Part shown: one piece after another, positions 38,320 to 47,593 of the stretch
Layout of the letters: every line of letters begins with the position of its first letter
Position numbering within the stretch: the first letter of the stretch is position 1
From: Candidatus Poribacteria bacterium
Lineage (GTDB): Bacteria > Poribacteria > WGA-4E > WGA-3G
Length of the DNA: 64,000 nt
NCBI GenBank assembly: GCA_022821495.1
Contig: JAJEDN010000118.1
Location: 33,945 to 97,944, forward strand
Reading direction: 5' to 3'
The notes under the pieces: generated by a model
What the model was told of the DNA's origin: nothing
The model's database searches: none
The model's input: only the letters and a program-made list of their open reading frames with translations
Position numbers and translations under genes: made by a program

Positions 38320-38478
38320 TTTTGTCGTCTGTATCAGGCATTTTCGGTTCTATCTCTGTTTGGCATTCAGTACGATAACCGATACGCCCATTATGGAAAC
38401 GCGAGGCTTTAAAGCTGTGCGTTTCATACAGCCTGTTGTAAAAATCAATTTTCTGAAATTACAGATGGAGATGGGTAC

Positions 38479-39294
38479 ATGACACCCAAACAACGGTACC
38501 TTTTTGATTTAACGGGGTATATCCACCTCAAAAACGTTCTGAGTGATAAGGAATTGAAAAATGCCCAAGATGCCGTTGAGCGCTGTGTCCAAACACCGGA
38601 GGCTGAGCTTCCGCCGGGTATCAGTTATGGCGGTGGCGGCTATTCTAACGGCTTTTCATTCGATAAATCGCTTGAGGCACTTACACTTCATCCGAAAACA
38701 TGGCCAATCGTAAAAGAACTTACGAATAATAAACCGATTTTTAATCGAGGCAGCCTCGTTGCTAAGCGTCCAGAACACGATCAGGTTATTGGTAAGTTGC
38801 ACTGTGCGCGTGAAGATTGCGGCTGGCAGACGCGTCGCTATACTGTCAAGGATGGGCAGATTCACTGTAACGACTTCGTCGTCTTTTTCTATTTTGCTGA
38901 TGTCTATCCGGGTGATGGCGGCTTAGTTGTGCTACCGGGTTCCCACAAAGCGAACTTTGAACGTCCAGAGGGGCTATTCTTCCCAGACCCAGCGGATCCA
39001 CCCGACGAACTCCATCCAGCGTTAGTTAATGTAACGGCACGCGCGGGTGACGCAATTGTTCTGTCCGAACTGCTGACGCACGGGGTACTTATCTGGAAAC
39101 CGAAGGATCGGTATCGACGGTTCCTGATCTTGCGTTACAAAACACAGTTTTTCCAAGATTCCAGAGGACACAGGGATCCATTTCCACCTGAGGTGATGGA
39201 GCGACTTTCGCCTGAGACCCGTGAACTTGCGCAACCCGCATTTTATACGCATACCAAAGACATCGTTAAAAGTGAACATGTCCAGTTAACTTAA
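38479..39294 (+). CDS. Phytanoyl-CoA dioxygenase (PhyH)-like Fe(II)/2OG oxygenase
   Basis: YLFDLTGYIHL, GDGGLVVLPGSHK, AGDAI..SELLTHG, RRFL. Confidence 0.88.
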   Translation: MTPKQRYLFDLTGYIHLKNVLSDKELKNAQDAVERCVQTPEAELPPGISYGGGGYSNGFSFDKSLEALTLHPKTWPIVKELTNNKPIFNRGSLVAKRPEHDQVIGKLHCAREDCGWQTRRYTVKDGQIHCNDFVVFFYFADVYPGDGGLVVLPGSHKANFERPEGLFFPDPADPPDELHPALVNVTARAGDAIVLSELLTHGVLIWKPKDRYRRFLILRYKTQFFQDSRGHRDPFPPEVMERLSPETRELAQPAFYTHTKDIVKSEHVQLT

Positions 39295-39307
39295 TAAGGA
39301 GCGAAAA

Positions 39308-40147
39308 ATGACCCCAGAACAACGTTACCTATTTGACGTTACCGGCTATTTGCACATCGAGGGTGCAGTTACGGGGGATGCCCTCAAAGCGGCACAGGCG
39401 GCTGTGGATCGGTATATTCATACACCGCTCGATGAACGTCCAGAAGAATTCACGACGCGTCCTCGCGACTTAGAACCCGGTAAAGGGGGTAGATATGAAC
39501 ACGGATTCGCTTTTGACAGGTCGCTTGAGGCGATGACGGTGCATCCGGCTATCTGGCCCCTTGTCAAAGAATTTACCTTCGATAAACCGCGGTTTGTCAC
39601 TGGCACACTCACGCTTGAACAGCACAACCCAGACAGGCAACCGATGGGGACAAATCCGGCAGGCTTGCACTGTGCGCGTGAGGGACGGCAATGGCTCACG
39701 CGCTACGAAGTCCAGAATAACCAGATTTACTGCAACGATTTCGTGGCGTTCTTCTACTTGACCGATGTGCAGCCCGGTGACGGTGGACTTATCGTTATCC
39801 CCGGTTCGCATAAGAGCAAATTCGAGAGACCTGAGGACCTGTTAACACCGGGTCCCGACGGTATTGATCCTGAACCGGACGACGTTTTTACGAATCTTAC
39901 GCCAAAAGCGGGCGATTTTCTTGTCATCTCTGAACTCTTGACACACGGTGTTTTGCGATGGAAACCGAAAGATCGGGATAGACGTTTCCTTATTCTGCGC
40001 TATCGTCCGCAATACGATGGTAAGCAAAGTTTACCCGAGAAAATCGTCAACCGTTTAACGCCTGAAGTTCAGGAACTCGTGCAAACTGCGTCTTATGGAC
40101 ATACAAAAGAGATCGTCAAACAAGACGTTGTGAAATTGACAGTTTAG
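39308..40147 (+). CDS. Phytanoyl-CoA dioxygenase (PhyH)-like Fe(II)/2OG oxygenase
   Basis: YLFDVTGYLHI, GDGGLIVIPGSHK, AGDFL..SELLTHG, RRFL. Confidence 0.88.
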   Translation: MTPEQRYLFDVTGYLHIEGAVTGDALKAAQAAVDRYIHTPLDERPEEFTTRPRDLEPGKGGRYEHGFAFDRSLEAMTVHPAIWPLVKEFTFDKPRFVTGTLTLEQHNPDRQPMGTNPAGLHCAREGRQWLTRYEVQNNQIYCNDFVAFFYLTDVQPGDGGLIVIPGSHKSKFERPEDLLTPGPDGIDPEPDDVFTNLTPKAGDFLVISELLTHGVLRWKPKDRDRRFLILRYRPQYDGKQSLPEKIVNRLTPEVQELVQTASYGHTKEIVKQDVVKLTV

Positions 40148-40196
40148 CAGGAACCTTTTACAGCACCTCAACAGCGAAATGCAATGGAGGAATCCA

Positions 40197-41237
40197 ATGG
40201 GAACAGAATACCGTGTCTGTATTGTTGGTTGTGGCAGAATGGGGGGTACAATTGATGAGGAAGTCCGTGCGACACCCCACGGTGCGTTACCCTATTCGCA
40301 TGCTGCGGGATATACGGCTTTCGAGCGGACAGCACTTGTCGCTGCTGCGGATGTGGTCGAAGAGAAGGCACAATACGTTTGCGACAAATGGGATATTCCG
40401 AAGTACTATTTAGACTATCGTGAGATGATTGTCGCAGAGAAACCCGATATTGTCAGTATCGCCACGCGTCCTGGTAACCATGCCGACATCACACAATTTG
40501 CTGCGGAAAATGGCGTGAAAGGCATCTATTGCGATAAACCGCTTTGTGCGTCTATGGAAGAGGCGGATGCCATGGTAGCGGTGTGCGAAAAATATAACAT
40601 CAAATTCAACCTCGGCACGCAGCGACGTTTTACGCCCGGATACATCAAAATGCGGGAACTCCTCGAAAGCGGTGAACTTGGCGAGCGACGCGCTGTTATC
40701 GCCTATAGCGGTGGTGCTGCGCTTTGGGGATATACGCACGCAGCAGATATGCTCCTTTTCTTGGCAAGTGATGCGCCAATAGCATATGTGCAAGGGAACG
40801 TTGGCGTTGATGACGCTGATTTTGAAGATAACCGCACGGAATCTGATCCCGGTATCGTAATGGGATTCATCCGTTTTGAGAACGGTATTAACGGCATTAG
40901 CATTCCCGGCACGGCTTATGAATTTGAGGTGCATTGTAGTGAGGGTATAATTCGTGCCCTCAATAATGGACTCGGTTTTCACCTCCGTAAACGGCAAGGG
41001 GAGTTTAACGAGATTTTGGAAGCACCGTTCCCGCCTTATGAACGGAAAAGCGGCACCGTCGGCTGTATTGAAGACATTGTTGATGCAATTGAAACTGATA
41101 CCGAGACGCAAGGTAACATTCATCTTGCACACCGAAGCACTGAGATGGTTTTCGCCATTGTCGATTCACAACGGCAGCAAGGTAAGCGGGTGACGATGCC
41201 GATGGCAAACCGAGGTCTCTATCTCGGAAGGTGGTAA
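40197..41237 (+). CDS. Gfo/Idh/MocA family oxidoreductase
   Basis: IVGCGRMG, DIVSIAT, YCDKP. Start ATG 40197 follows GGAGG. Confidence 0.9.
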   Translation: MGTEYRVCIVGCGRMGGTIDEEVRATPHGALPYSHAAGYTAFERTALVAAADVVEEKAQYVCDKWDIPKYYLDYREMIVAEKPDIVSIATRPGNHADITQFAAENGVKGIYCDKPLCASMEEADAMVAVCEKYNIKFNLGTQRRFTPGYIKMRELLESGELGERRAVIAYSGGAALWGYTHAADMLLFLASDAPIAYVQGNVGVDDADFEDNRTESDPGIVMGFIRFENGINGISIPGTAYEFEVHCSEGIIRALNNGLGFHLRKRQGEFNEILEAPFPPYERKSGTVGCIEDIVDAIETDTETQGNIHLAHRSTEMVFAIVDSQRQQGKRVTMPMANRGLYLGRW

Positions 41238-41290
41238 CTTATTGTCTGAATCAGGATTGACAGGATTTTAGGATTGGCAGGATAAAACCG

Positions 41291-42049
41291 ATGTTCAGGA
41301 AACTTTATATTTTTCTATGCATGATGGGTGTGGTTTTTCTATTGACGGACACGCCCAGTGGTGATTTACAATCGGAAACCGCGCCGACACGTCCAGCGAG
41401 TACAATGTATGAACATAAGACCTCCAGTCGAGATGGGATCGGCAAAATTTACATGGGTCGCGAAATCTCTCGCGTGATGGGGCATCAAGGTGCGGAATGG
41501 TTGGAACGCCCTGAACGTGAACGAGAAGAGATGCCGAACCGACTTGTTGAGCTGCTGAAACTCAAAGCGGGTGACGTTGTGGCGGATATCGGTATCGGGA
41601 CGGGCTATATCGCGCGACGCATTTCACCCAAAATTGGTGAGACAGGGGTCATCTACGGCGTTGAAATCCAGCAGGAGATGCTTGATATCCTTGCTGAGAA
41701 AATGGCGGAAGCCGGTATTACCAATATCAAAGGTGTATTAGGAACGATCACCGATCCGAAATTGCCGCCGAACTCGGTGGATCTGGCGATTATGGTGGAT
41801 GTCTACCACGAATTTTCACATCCGTATGAGATGATGCAGAACATCTGCCGTGGTCTCAAAATAGGGGGAAGGGTTGCCTTTGTGGAATACCGCTTGGAAG
41901 ACGACAATGTGCCGATCAAACGCTTGCACAAGATGAGTGAGTTGCAGGTGATTAAGGAAGCAACACCGCACCCACTTTCTTGGGTAGAGACGCTCGACGA
42001 CTTACCCTGGCAACATGTTATTATTTTTGAGAAGGTCGCAACACAATAG
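41291..42049 (+). CDS. Exported class I SAM-dependent methyltransferase
   Basis: N-terminal hydrophobic signal; YMGREISRVMGH.GA.WLER; VADIGIGTG; VDVYHEF. Confidence 0.88.
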   Translation: MFRKLYIFLCMMGVVFLLTDTPSGDLQSETAPTRPASTMYEHKTSSRDGIGKIYMGREISRVMGHQGAEWLERPEREREEMPNRLVELLKLKAGDVVADIGIGTGYIARRISPKIGETGVIYGVEIQQEMLDILAEKMAEAGITNIKGVLGTITDPKLPPNSVDLAIMVDVYHEFSHPYEMMQNICRGLKIGGRVAFVEYRLEDDNVPIKRLHKMSELQVIKEATPHPLSWVETLDDLPWQHVIIFEKVATQ

Positions 42050-42100
42050 GTTTTCTATCCGATTGAGTATCAGCAAAACGCCACAATCAGAGAGGAATAT

Positions 42101-42129
42101 TTGACAAAAGCACAACCCTATCGTAAAAT
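42101..42129 (+). promoter_or_regulatory. sigma70 promoter heading the DUF1553-LRR-DUF1501 cluster
   Basis: TTGACA-N17-TAAAAT. Confidence 0.7.
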
Positions 42130-42247
42130 ATAACAATGTTGCTAAACTTTTTGACTGCCTAAGCGTCACAATTGCTAATTCTGTTATAGCAAATAGCAGT
42201 TTGCGCTGCCTAAGCGAGCTGCGTTTTAAACAAAGGGGAGACTTCCA

Positions 42248-45200
42248 GTGAAGACGGCTAACAATACGATTCCACTAACCGGAACCATATTATTGGTGTA
42301 TTTCTGCCTCGCCGTGTTCGGACTACCCACGGCATCTGCGGAACATCACGAGACACCACCAGCCACTTTGAATTATAACCTCGACATCCGTCCGATTCTT
42401 TCGGACAATTGCTACGCGTGTCACGGACCGGATGCCAAGACTCGACAAGGCAACCTACGCCTTGATACGAAAGAGGGTGCGTTTTCTGAACCGAGCGGAT
42501 ACCCCGTCATCGTCCCCGGCAAGCCCGACGAGAGCGAGCTCCATCTTCGCATCGTATCCGATGACGACACCTATCGCATGCCACCCGCGGACTTCAATAA
42601 GACGCTAACACCAGAACAGATTGAAGCCATTACACAGTGGATCCGTGAAGGTGCGAATTGGGAAGAACACTGGGCGTTCACCACACCCGTCCGTCCAACG
42701 CCACCGACTGTCGAGAACAAAGACTGGGTGCGAAACCCGATTGACGCGTTCATCCTCTCACGGCTTGAAAAAGAGGGACTTACACCCGCAAGTGAAGCGG
42801 ATAAACGGACGCTTATTAGACGTTTAAGCTTCGATCTCACCGGCTTACCGCCGACACGCGAAGAGATACATCAATTCCTTGCAGACGATTCACCAGACGC
42901 TTACGAAAAACTGATTGATACGTTTATGGCGAAACCGGAATACGGCGAGCATCTCGGTCGCTTCTGGTTAGATGTCGCGCGGTACGGTGATACGCACGGA
43001 CTCCATTTAGATAATTACCGTGAGATGTGGCCTTACCGTGATTGGGTTATCAATGCGTTCAACAAAAATATGCCGTTCGATCAGTTTACGACTGAGCAGT
43101 TGGCAGGTGACCTTCTACCGGAACCGACACTTGACCAGCAGGTCGCTACCGGTTTCAACCGATGCCACGTCACGACAAGTGAAGGCGGTTCGATTGATGC
43201 GGAATACTATGTTCGATACGCGATCGACAGAGCGAATACCACCTCGACTGTCTGGATGGGATTAACCGTCGGGTGCGCGCAGTGCCACGACCACAAATAC
43301 GATCCGATTACACAGAAAGAATTCTATCAACTCTACGCCTATTTCAACAATATCACTGAAAATGCGATGGACGGCAATCGTAAGGATTCTCCCCCGGTTG
43401 TGAAGCTGCCGACCCCAGAGCAGGAAGCAGAACTCGCCGCGTTTGATGACCAGATCGCCGAGTTAGATGCCCAAACCAAAGCACCTATCCCGGAACTCGA
43501 TGCGACCCAAATCGCATGGGAAAATCGGATGCCGCGCTGGACAACGCTGAAACCGACATCGCTTTATTCAAAAGGTGGGGCGACGCTCGAAGTTTTAGAG
43601 GATAACTCCATATTAGCCAGCGGCACCAATCCCGAACAGGAGACCTACGAGGTAATTGTAGACCTGCCACCGGGCAAATGGAGTGCTGTGCGATTAGAAG
43701 GTATCAAGCACGAATCCTTGCCGAAAGGTGGGATCGGTAGAAGTAGTAACGGCAACGTTGTTTTGACCGACTTCGCGCTTTTCATCGGACCGCCTGCAGC
43801 AGAGAGCGAGGAATCGCCTGTTGTGGAAACAGAAAACGCGGAGAGCGATGCCGAGGCTGAAACACAGACGCAAACTGAAGGGACCGACGCAGAAGCCGGA
43901 AGCACGCCTGTTGATAATACCGACACCCAAGCGCGAGCAGCGGATACGCCTGATGCCGATGTGGAAACACCCGTAGAAGATACACCTACTGCTGATGCCG
44001 ATGCTGAGGCACAAGCCGAAGGCACGCCGACAGATGATGCGAGCGCGGAAAATGAAACTGAAGAGACCGAAGCCGCCGATCCGTGGACGCCTGTCCAAAT
44101 CGTGCAAGCGTGGGCAGACCACGAACAGACTATGGGTGAAGACAACCTCGGTGGTGTCATCGCAAACGCGATTGACGATAAACCGGAAACCGGATGGGCA
44201 CTCGACAGAAGAAACGAAAACCGACAAGCGATCTTTCTTGTTGCGGCACCCTTTGGGACGGAAGGCGGCAGATTGAAGATCCGCCTTAAACATGAGTTCG
44301 ATCTGCGTCAGAAGCAATTAGGTCGCTTCCGACTCGCGCTCACTGATGCGACAACGGTTTATCCGATCGGATCCAAGATAGGATTAGGCACTTGGCACGC
44401 CGTGGGTCCGTTCACCGCTGAACACGGTAACCTCGCCTTCTATCAGGTTTATGAACCTGAAACGAAAGCGGTCAACGCAGGCAACACGTTTAAGGTGGGC
44501 GACAAGACCATCAAATGGGAACAGCAGACCCACTGGGTTGATGAACAGGTACATAACGACATCGTTGGCGAAAACAGTGCCACCTATCTCTTCAGGAACA
44601 TCTCCTCTGTTACCCAACAGAAAGCACTCCTGTATATTGGGAGCAACGATGCGCTGAAGGTTTGGATGAACGGTACCGAGCTCCTTGCCAAAAATGTCCA
44701 GCGAGATGCCGCTGCGGACCAAGAACAGATACAGGTCGAGCTCAAACCTGGTAACAACACGTTACTCCTGAAAGTTGTCAACTACTCAGGTCCGTCTGGT
44801 TTCTATTTCCGTATGGAAAGCGCGCCGCCGATGCTACCTGCTAACATCGTAGATATTGCTGGCACGCCGCGCGGCGAACGCGAAATCGCACAGACGGATC
44901 AAATCCGCGATTACTATCGGGCTAACATCAGGCTTGACAAGAGTGTCAACGAAAATGCGCAACGTGCATTCGCTGACTTGAAAGAACTTTTTGCGGACTT
45001 AGCAGAGACACGACAGCAGCGGAGTACATTGGACGGTTCACTAACGACCACACTTGTGATGCAAGAGCGTACTGAACCGAGAGGGGCTTACGTCTTAGCA
45101 CGTGGTGAATATCAGCATCCGGGTGAACAGGTCTATCCGCAAACCCCTGGCGTGCTTCCTGCGATGCCAGAAGATGCGGATCCAAATCGTCTCGGTCTTG

Positions 45201-46138
45201 CCAAATGGCTGCTTTCACCGGAACACCCACTTACGGCCCGTGTTGCGATCAATCGTTTCTGGCAAGATATCTTCGGTGCCGGAATTGTCCTGACAGCGGA
45301 AGATTTCGGTACACAAGGCACACCGCCGGTGCATCCCGAACTCCTCGACTGGCTTGCAACCGAATTCATTGCCTCCGATTGGGATATTCAAGCGATGCTG
45401 AAATTGATGCTTACGTCAGCAACCTATCGTCAGAGTGCGAAGGTTACGCCCGAAAAACTGGAACGCGATGCGGATAACGCCCTGTTTTCTCGTGCACCAA
45501 GGTACCGACTTGATGCCGAAACCGTGCGCGATAACGCGCTTGCTGTGAGCGGCTTGTTGCATACCAAAGTTGGGGGACCGAGTGTGAAACCGCCGCAACC
45601 GGATGGACTCTGGAAAGCCGTCGGGTTTACCGGATCCAATACCGACACGTTTGTTAAAGATGCGGGTGCTGATAAAGTATATCGCCGGAGCCTCTATACA
45701 TTCTGGAAGCGTACGGCACCACCGCCACAGATGAACATTTTGGACGCGCCATCGCGTGAAGCCTGCACCATCCGTCGTGAACGGACGAACACACCGATGC
45801 AGGCGTTAATGCTGATGAACGATCCGCAGTTCTTTGAAGCGGCGCGCGCTTTTGCAGAACGCACGGTTAAAGAGGGCGGTGAGACGACGGAAGAACGGAT
45901 CGCCTATCTCTTTGAGGCAGCGACTGCCCGACTTCCGAAAGCAAAAGAGGCGGCACTGCTACTGGAGACATTCCAAGCACATCATCAAGAATTGATGGCA
46001 AATCCAGAAGCAGCTGAAGAACTGATCGCTGTCGGTGAATCGCAACCTGATGAAACTTTAGATGCAGTCGAAGTCGCTGCATGGACGATGATTGCGAATC
46101 TAATCCTGAATCTGGACGAAGTCCTGAACAAGGGATGA
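42248..46138 (+). CDS. Planctomycete-type cytochrome c protein (PSCyt1 + DUF1549 + DUF1553)
   Basis: Signal peptide; IRPILSDNCYACHGPD; NPIDAFI; RRLSFDLTGLPP; CAQCHDHKYDP; RLGLAKWL; HPELLDWLA; TNTPMQAL; NLDE. Confidence 0.93.
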   Translation: MKTANNTIPLTGTILLVYFCLAVFGLPTASAEHHETPPATLNYNLDIRPILSDNCYACHGPDAKTRQGNLRLDTKEGAFSEPSGYPVIVPGKPDESELHLRIVSDDDTYRMPPADFNKTLTPEQIEAITQWIREGANWEEHWAFTTPVRPTPPTVENKDWVRNPIDAFILSRLEKEGLTPASEADKRTLIRRLSFDLTGLPPTREEIHQFLADDSPDAYEKLIDTFMAKPEYGEHLGRFWLDVARYGDTHGLHLDNYREMWPYRDWVINAFNKNMPFDQFTTEQLAGDLLPEPTLDQQVATGFNRCHVTTSEGGSIDAEYYVRYAIDRANTTSTVWMGLTVGCAQCHDHKYDPITQKEFYQLYAYFNNITENAMDGNRKDSPPVVKLPTPEQEAELAAFDDQIAELDAQTKAPIPELDATQIAWENRMPRWTTLKPTSLYSKGGATLEVLEDNSILASGTNPEQETYEVIVDLPPGKWSAVRLEGIKHESLPKGGIGRSSNGNVVLTDFALFIGPPAAESEESPVVETENAESDAEAETQTQTEGTDAEAGSTPVDNTDTQARAADTPDADVETPVEDTPTADADAEAQAEGTPTDDASAENETEETEAADPWTPVQIVQAWADHEQTMGEDNLGGVIANAIDDKPETGWALDRRNENRQAIFLVAAPFGTEGGRLKIRLKHEFDLRQKQLGRFRLALTDATTVYPIGSKIGLGTWHAVGPFTAEHGNLAFYQVYEPETKAVNAGNTFKVGDKTIKWEQQTHWVDEQVHNDIVGENSATYLFRNISSVTQQKALLYIGSNDALKVWMNGTELLAKNVQRDAAADQEQIQVELKPGNNTLLLKVVNYSGPSGFYFRMESAPPMLPANIVDIAGTPRGEREIAQTDQIRDYYRANIRLDKSVNENAQRAFADLKELFADLAETRQQRSTLDGSLTTTLVMQERTEPRGAYVLARGEYQHPGEQVYPQTPGVLPAMPEDADPNRLGLAKWLLSPEHPLTARVAINRFWQDIFGAGIVLTAEDFGTQGTPPVHPELLDWLATEFIASDWDIQAMLKLMLTSATYRQSAKVTPEKLERDADNALFSRAPRYRLDAETVRDNALAVSGLLHTKVGGPSVKPPQPDGLWKAVGFTGSNTDTFVKDAGADKVYRRSLYTFWKRTAPPPQMNILDAPSREACTIRRERTNTPMQALMLMNDPQFFEAARAFAERTVKEGGETTEERIAYLFEAATARLPKAKEAALLLETFQAHHQELMANPEAAEELIAVGESQPDETLDAVEVAAWTMIANLILNLDEVLNKG

Positions 46139-46186
46139 TTAAATTCGGTGGGCACTACTTTTCAGTGGTGCCCATCTCATAAGACT

Positions 46187-47527
46187 ATGAAATCTCTTTG
46201 TACGTTCTTGGCAATACCTATAGTTTTTTTCGGTTGTTCATCTAATCAAGATGTCGTAATACCAGATGCTAATTTAGCCGCTGCTGTGCGTGAGGCACTC
46301 GGTTTAGCCCCAAGTGCCCCGATCCCCCAAAAGAAACTGGAAGCATTAGAAAAACTTTCTGTCAGTCGAAAAGACATCAAAGACTTAACAGGACTCGAGA
46401 AGGCAATTGGCTTATCGTGGTTACGACTTAGCGGAAATCAAATTGAAGACATCACACCGCTTCGGGGATTAACACAACTCACCCGTTTATGGCTTGATGA
46501 GAATCAAGTTAGCGATATTAAACTGATCGCTAACTTGAGGCAACTTATAGTATTAGGACTTGATGATAACCAAATCAGCGATATCACACCGCTTCAGGAA
46601 TTAACACAACTTAGCCTTTTGGATCTAACGAGAAACCAAATCAGCGATATCAAACCACTCATGGGTCTATCACGACTTAGCGCATTAGAAATTAGTGGTA
46701 ATCAAATCAGCGATATCACACCGCTCACGAAGTTGGGACAACTAAAAAGGTTAGAACTCTGGGACAACCAAATCAGCGACATTACACCACTCGCTGAACT
46801 CACACAATTGACAAGGTTAAGGCTCAACATAAACAAGATCAGCGACATAAACCCTATCGCTAATTTAACACAACTGGAGCACTTGGACCTTTACGAAAAT
46901 CAAATTAAGGACATCACAGTTCTCACTGAACTCACAAAACTTAAAAATTTGGTGCTCTCCGATAATCAAATCAGTGACATCACACCGCTCGTTCCATCAC
47001 TCACTGGATTGTCGCAAATTGAGCACTTAGACCTTGATAGCAACCGAATTAAGGACATTACACCGCTTGCTGACTTGACGCAGCTAAAAAGCCTATATCT
47101 TGCGTTCAATAAGATTAACGACATCAAATCCGTTTCTAATCTGACGCAACTGAAGAAGTTAGATCTCAGACATAATCCAATAGAGGACATTACACCGCTC
47201 ACAGGATTGACACAGATAGAGGTGTTACGGCTCACTCATAACCACCTCAGCGACATCACCCCCATTACGAAGTTGACGCAATTAACGGAATTATGGCTAA
47301 ACAGTAATCAGATTAGGGACATTACGCCACTGGCTAACTTGACCCAACTGACGATATTAGAACTTAGAGAGAATCAACTCAGCAACATCAGCCTTGTTGA
47401 AAACTTTACAAATTTAAAGCGTTTGCATGTCAAGAAGAATCCGATTCAAGATAAGGAACCCCTTCAAAGACTCCTGAAAGAGTTTCCGAATTTGGAACTG
47501 GATATATCAATGCCTCTTGAAAATTAA
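46187..47527 (+). CDS. Internalin-like leucine-rich repeat lipoprotein
   Basis: Lipobox VFFGC; cap IPDANLAAAVREALG; 22-aa repeats LxxLxLxxNQISDITPL. Confidence 0.92.
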   Translation: MKSLCTFLAIPIVFFGCSSNQDVVIPDANLAAAVREALGLAPSAPIPQKKLEALEKLSVSRKDIKDLTGLEKAIGLSWLRLSGNQIEDITPLRGLTQLTRLWLDENQVSDIKLIANLRQLIVLGLDDNQISDITPLQELTQLSLLDLTRNQISDIKPLMGLSRLSALEISGNQISDITPLTKLGQLKRLELWDNQISDITPLAELTQLTRLRLNINKISDINPIANLTQLEHLDLYENQIKDITVLTELTKLKNLVLSDNQISDITPLVPSLTGLSQIEHLDLDSNRIKDITPLADLTQLKSLYLAFNKINDIKSVSNLTQLKKLDLRHNPIEDITPLTGLTQIEVLRLTHNHLSDITPITKLTQLTELWLNSNQIRDITPLANLTQLTILELRENQLSNISLVENFTNLKRLHVKKNPIQDKEPLQRLLKEFPNLELDISMPLEN

Positions 47528-47593
47528 AGTGTATACGATTTAGATTTTAGCACTAAAGATTGTCTGTCCATATCTAAGGATTGAATTCAGATT

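Noticed and set aside
41243-41285. AGGATT short repeats as an operator array
   Set aside because: Irregular spacing and only one instance in the window; more likely a simple intergenic repeat.
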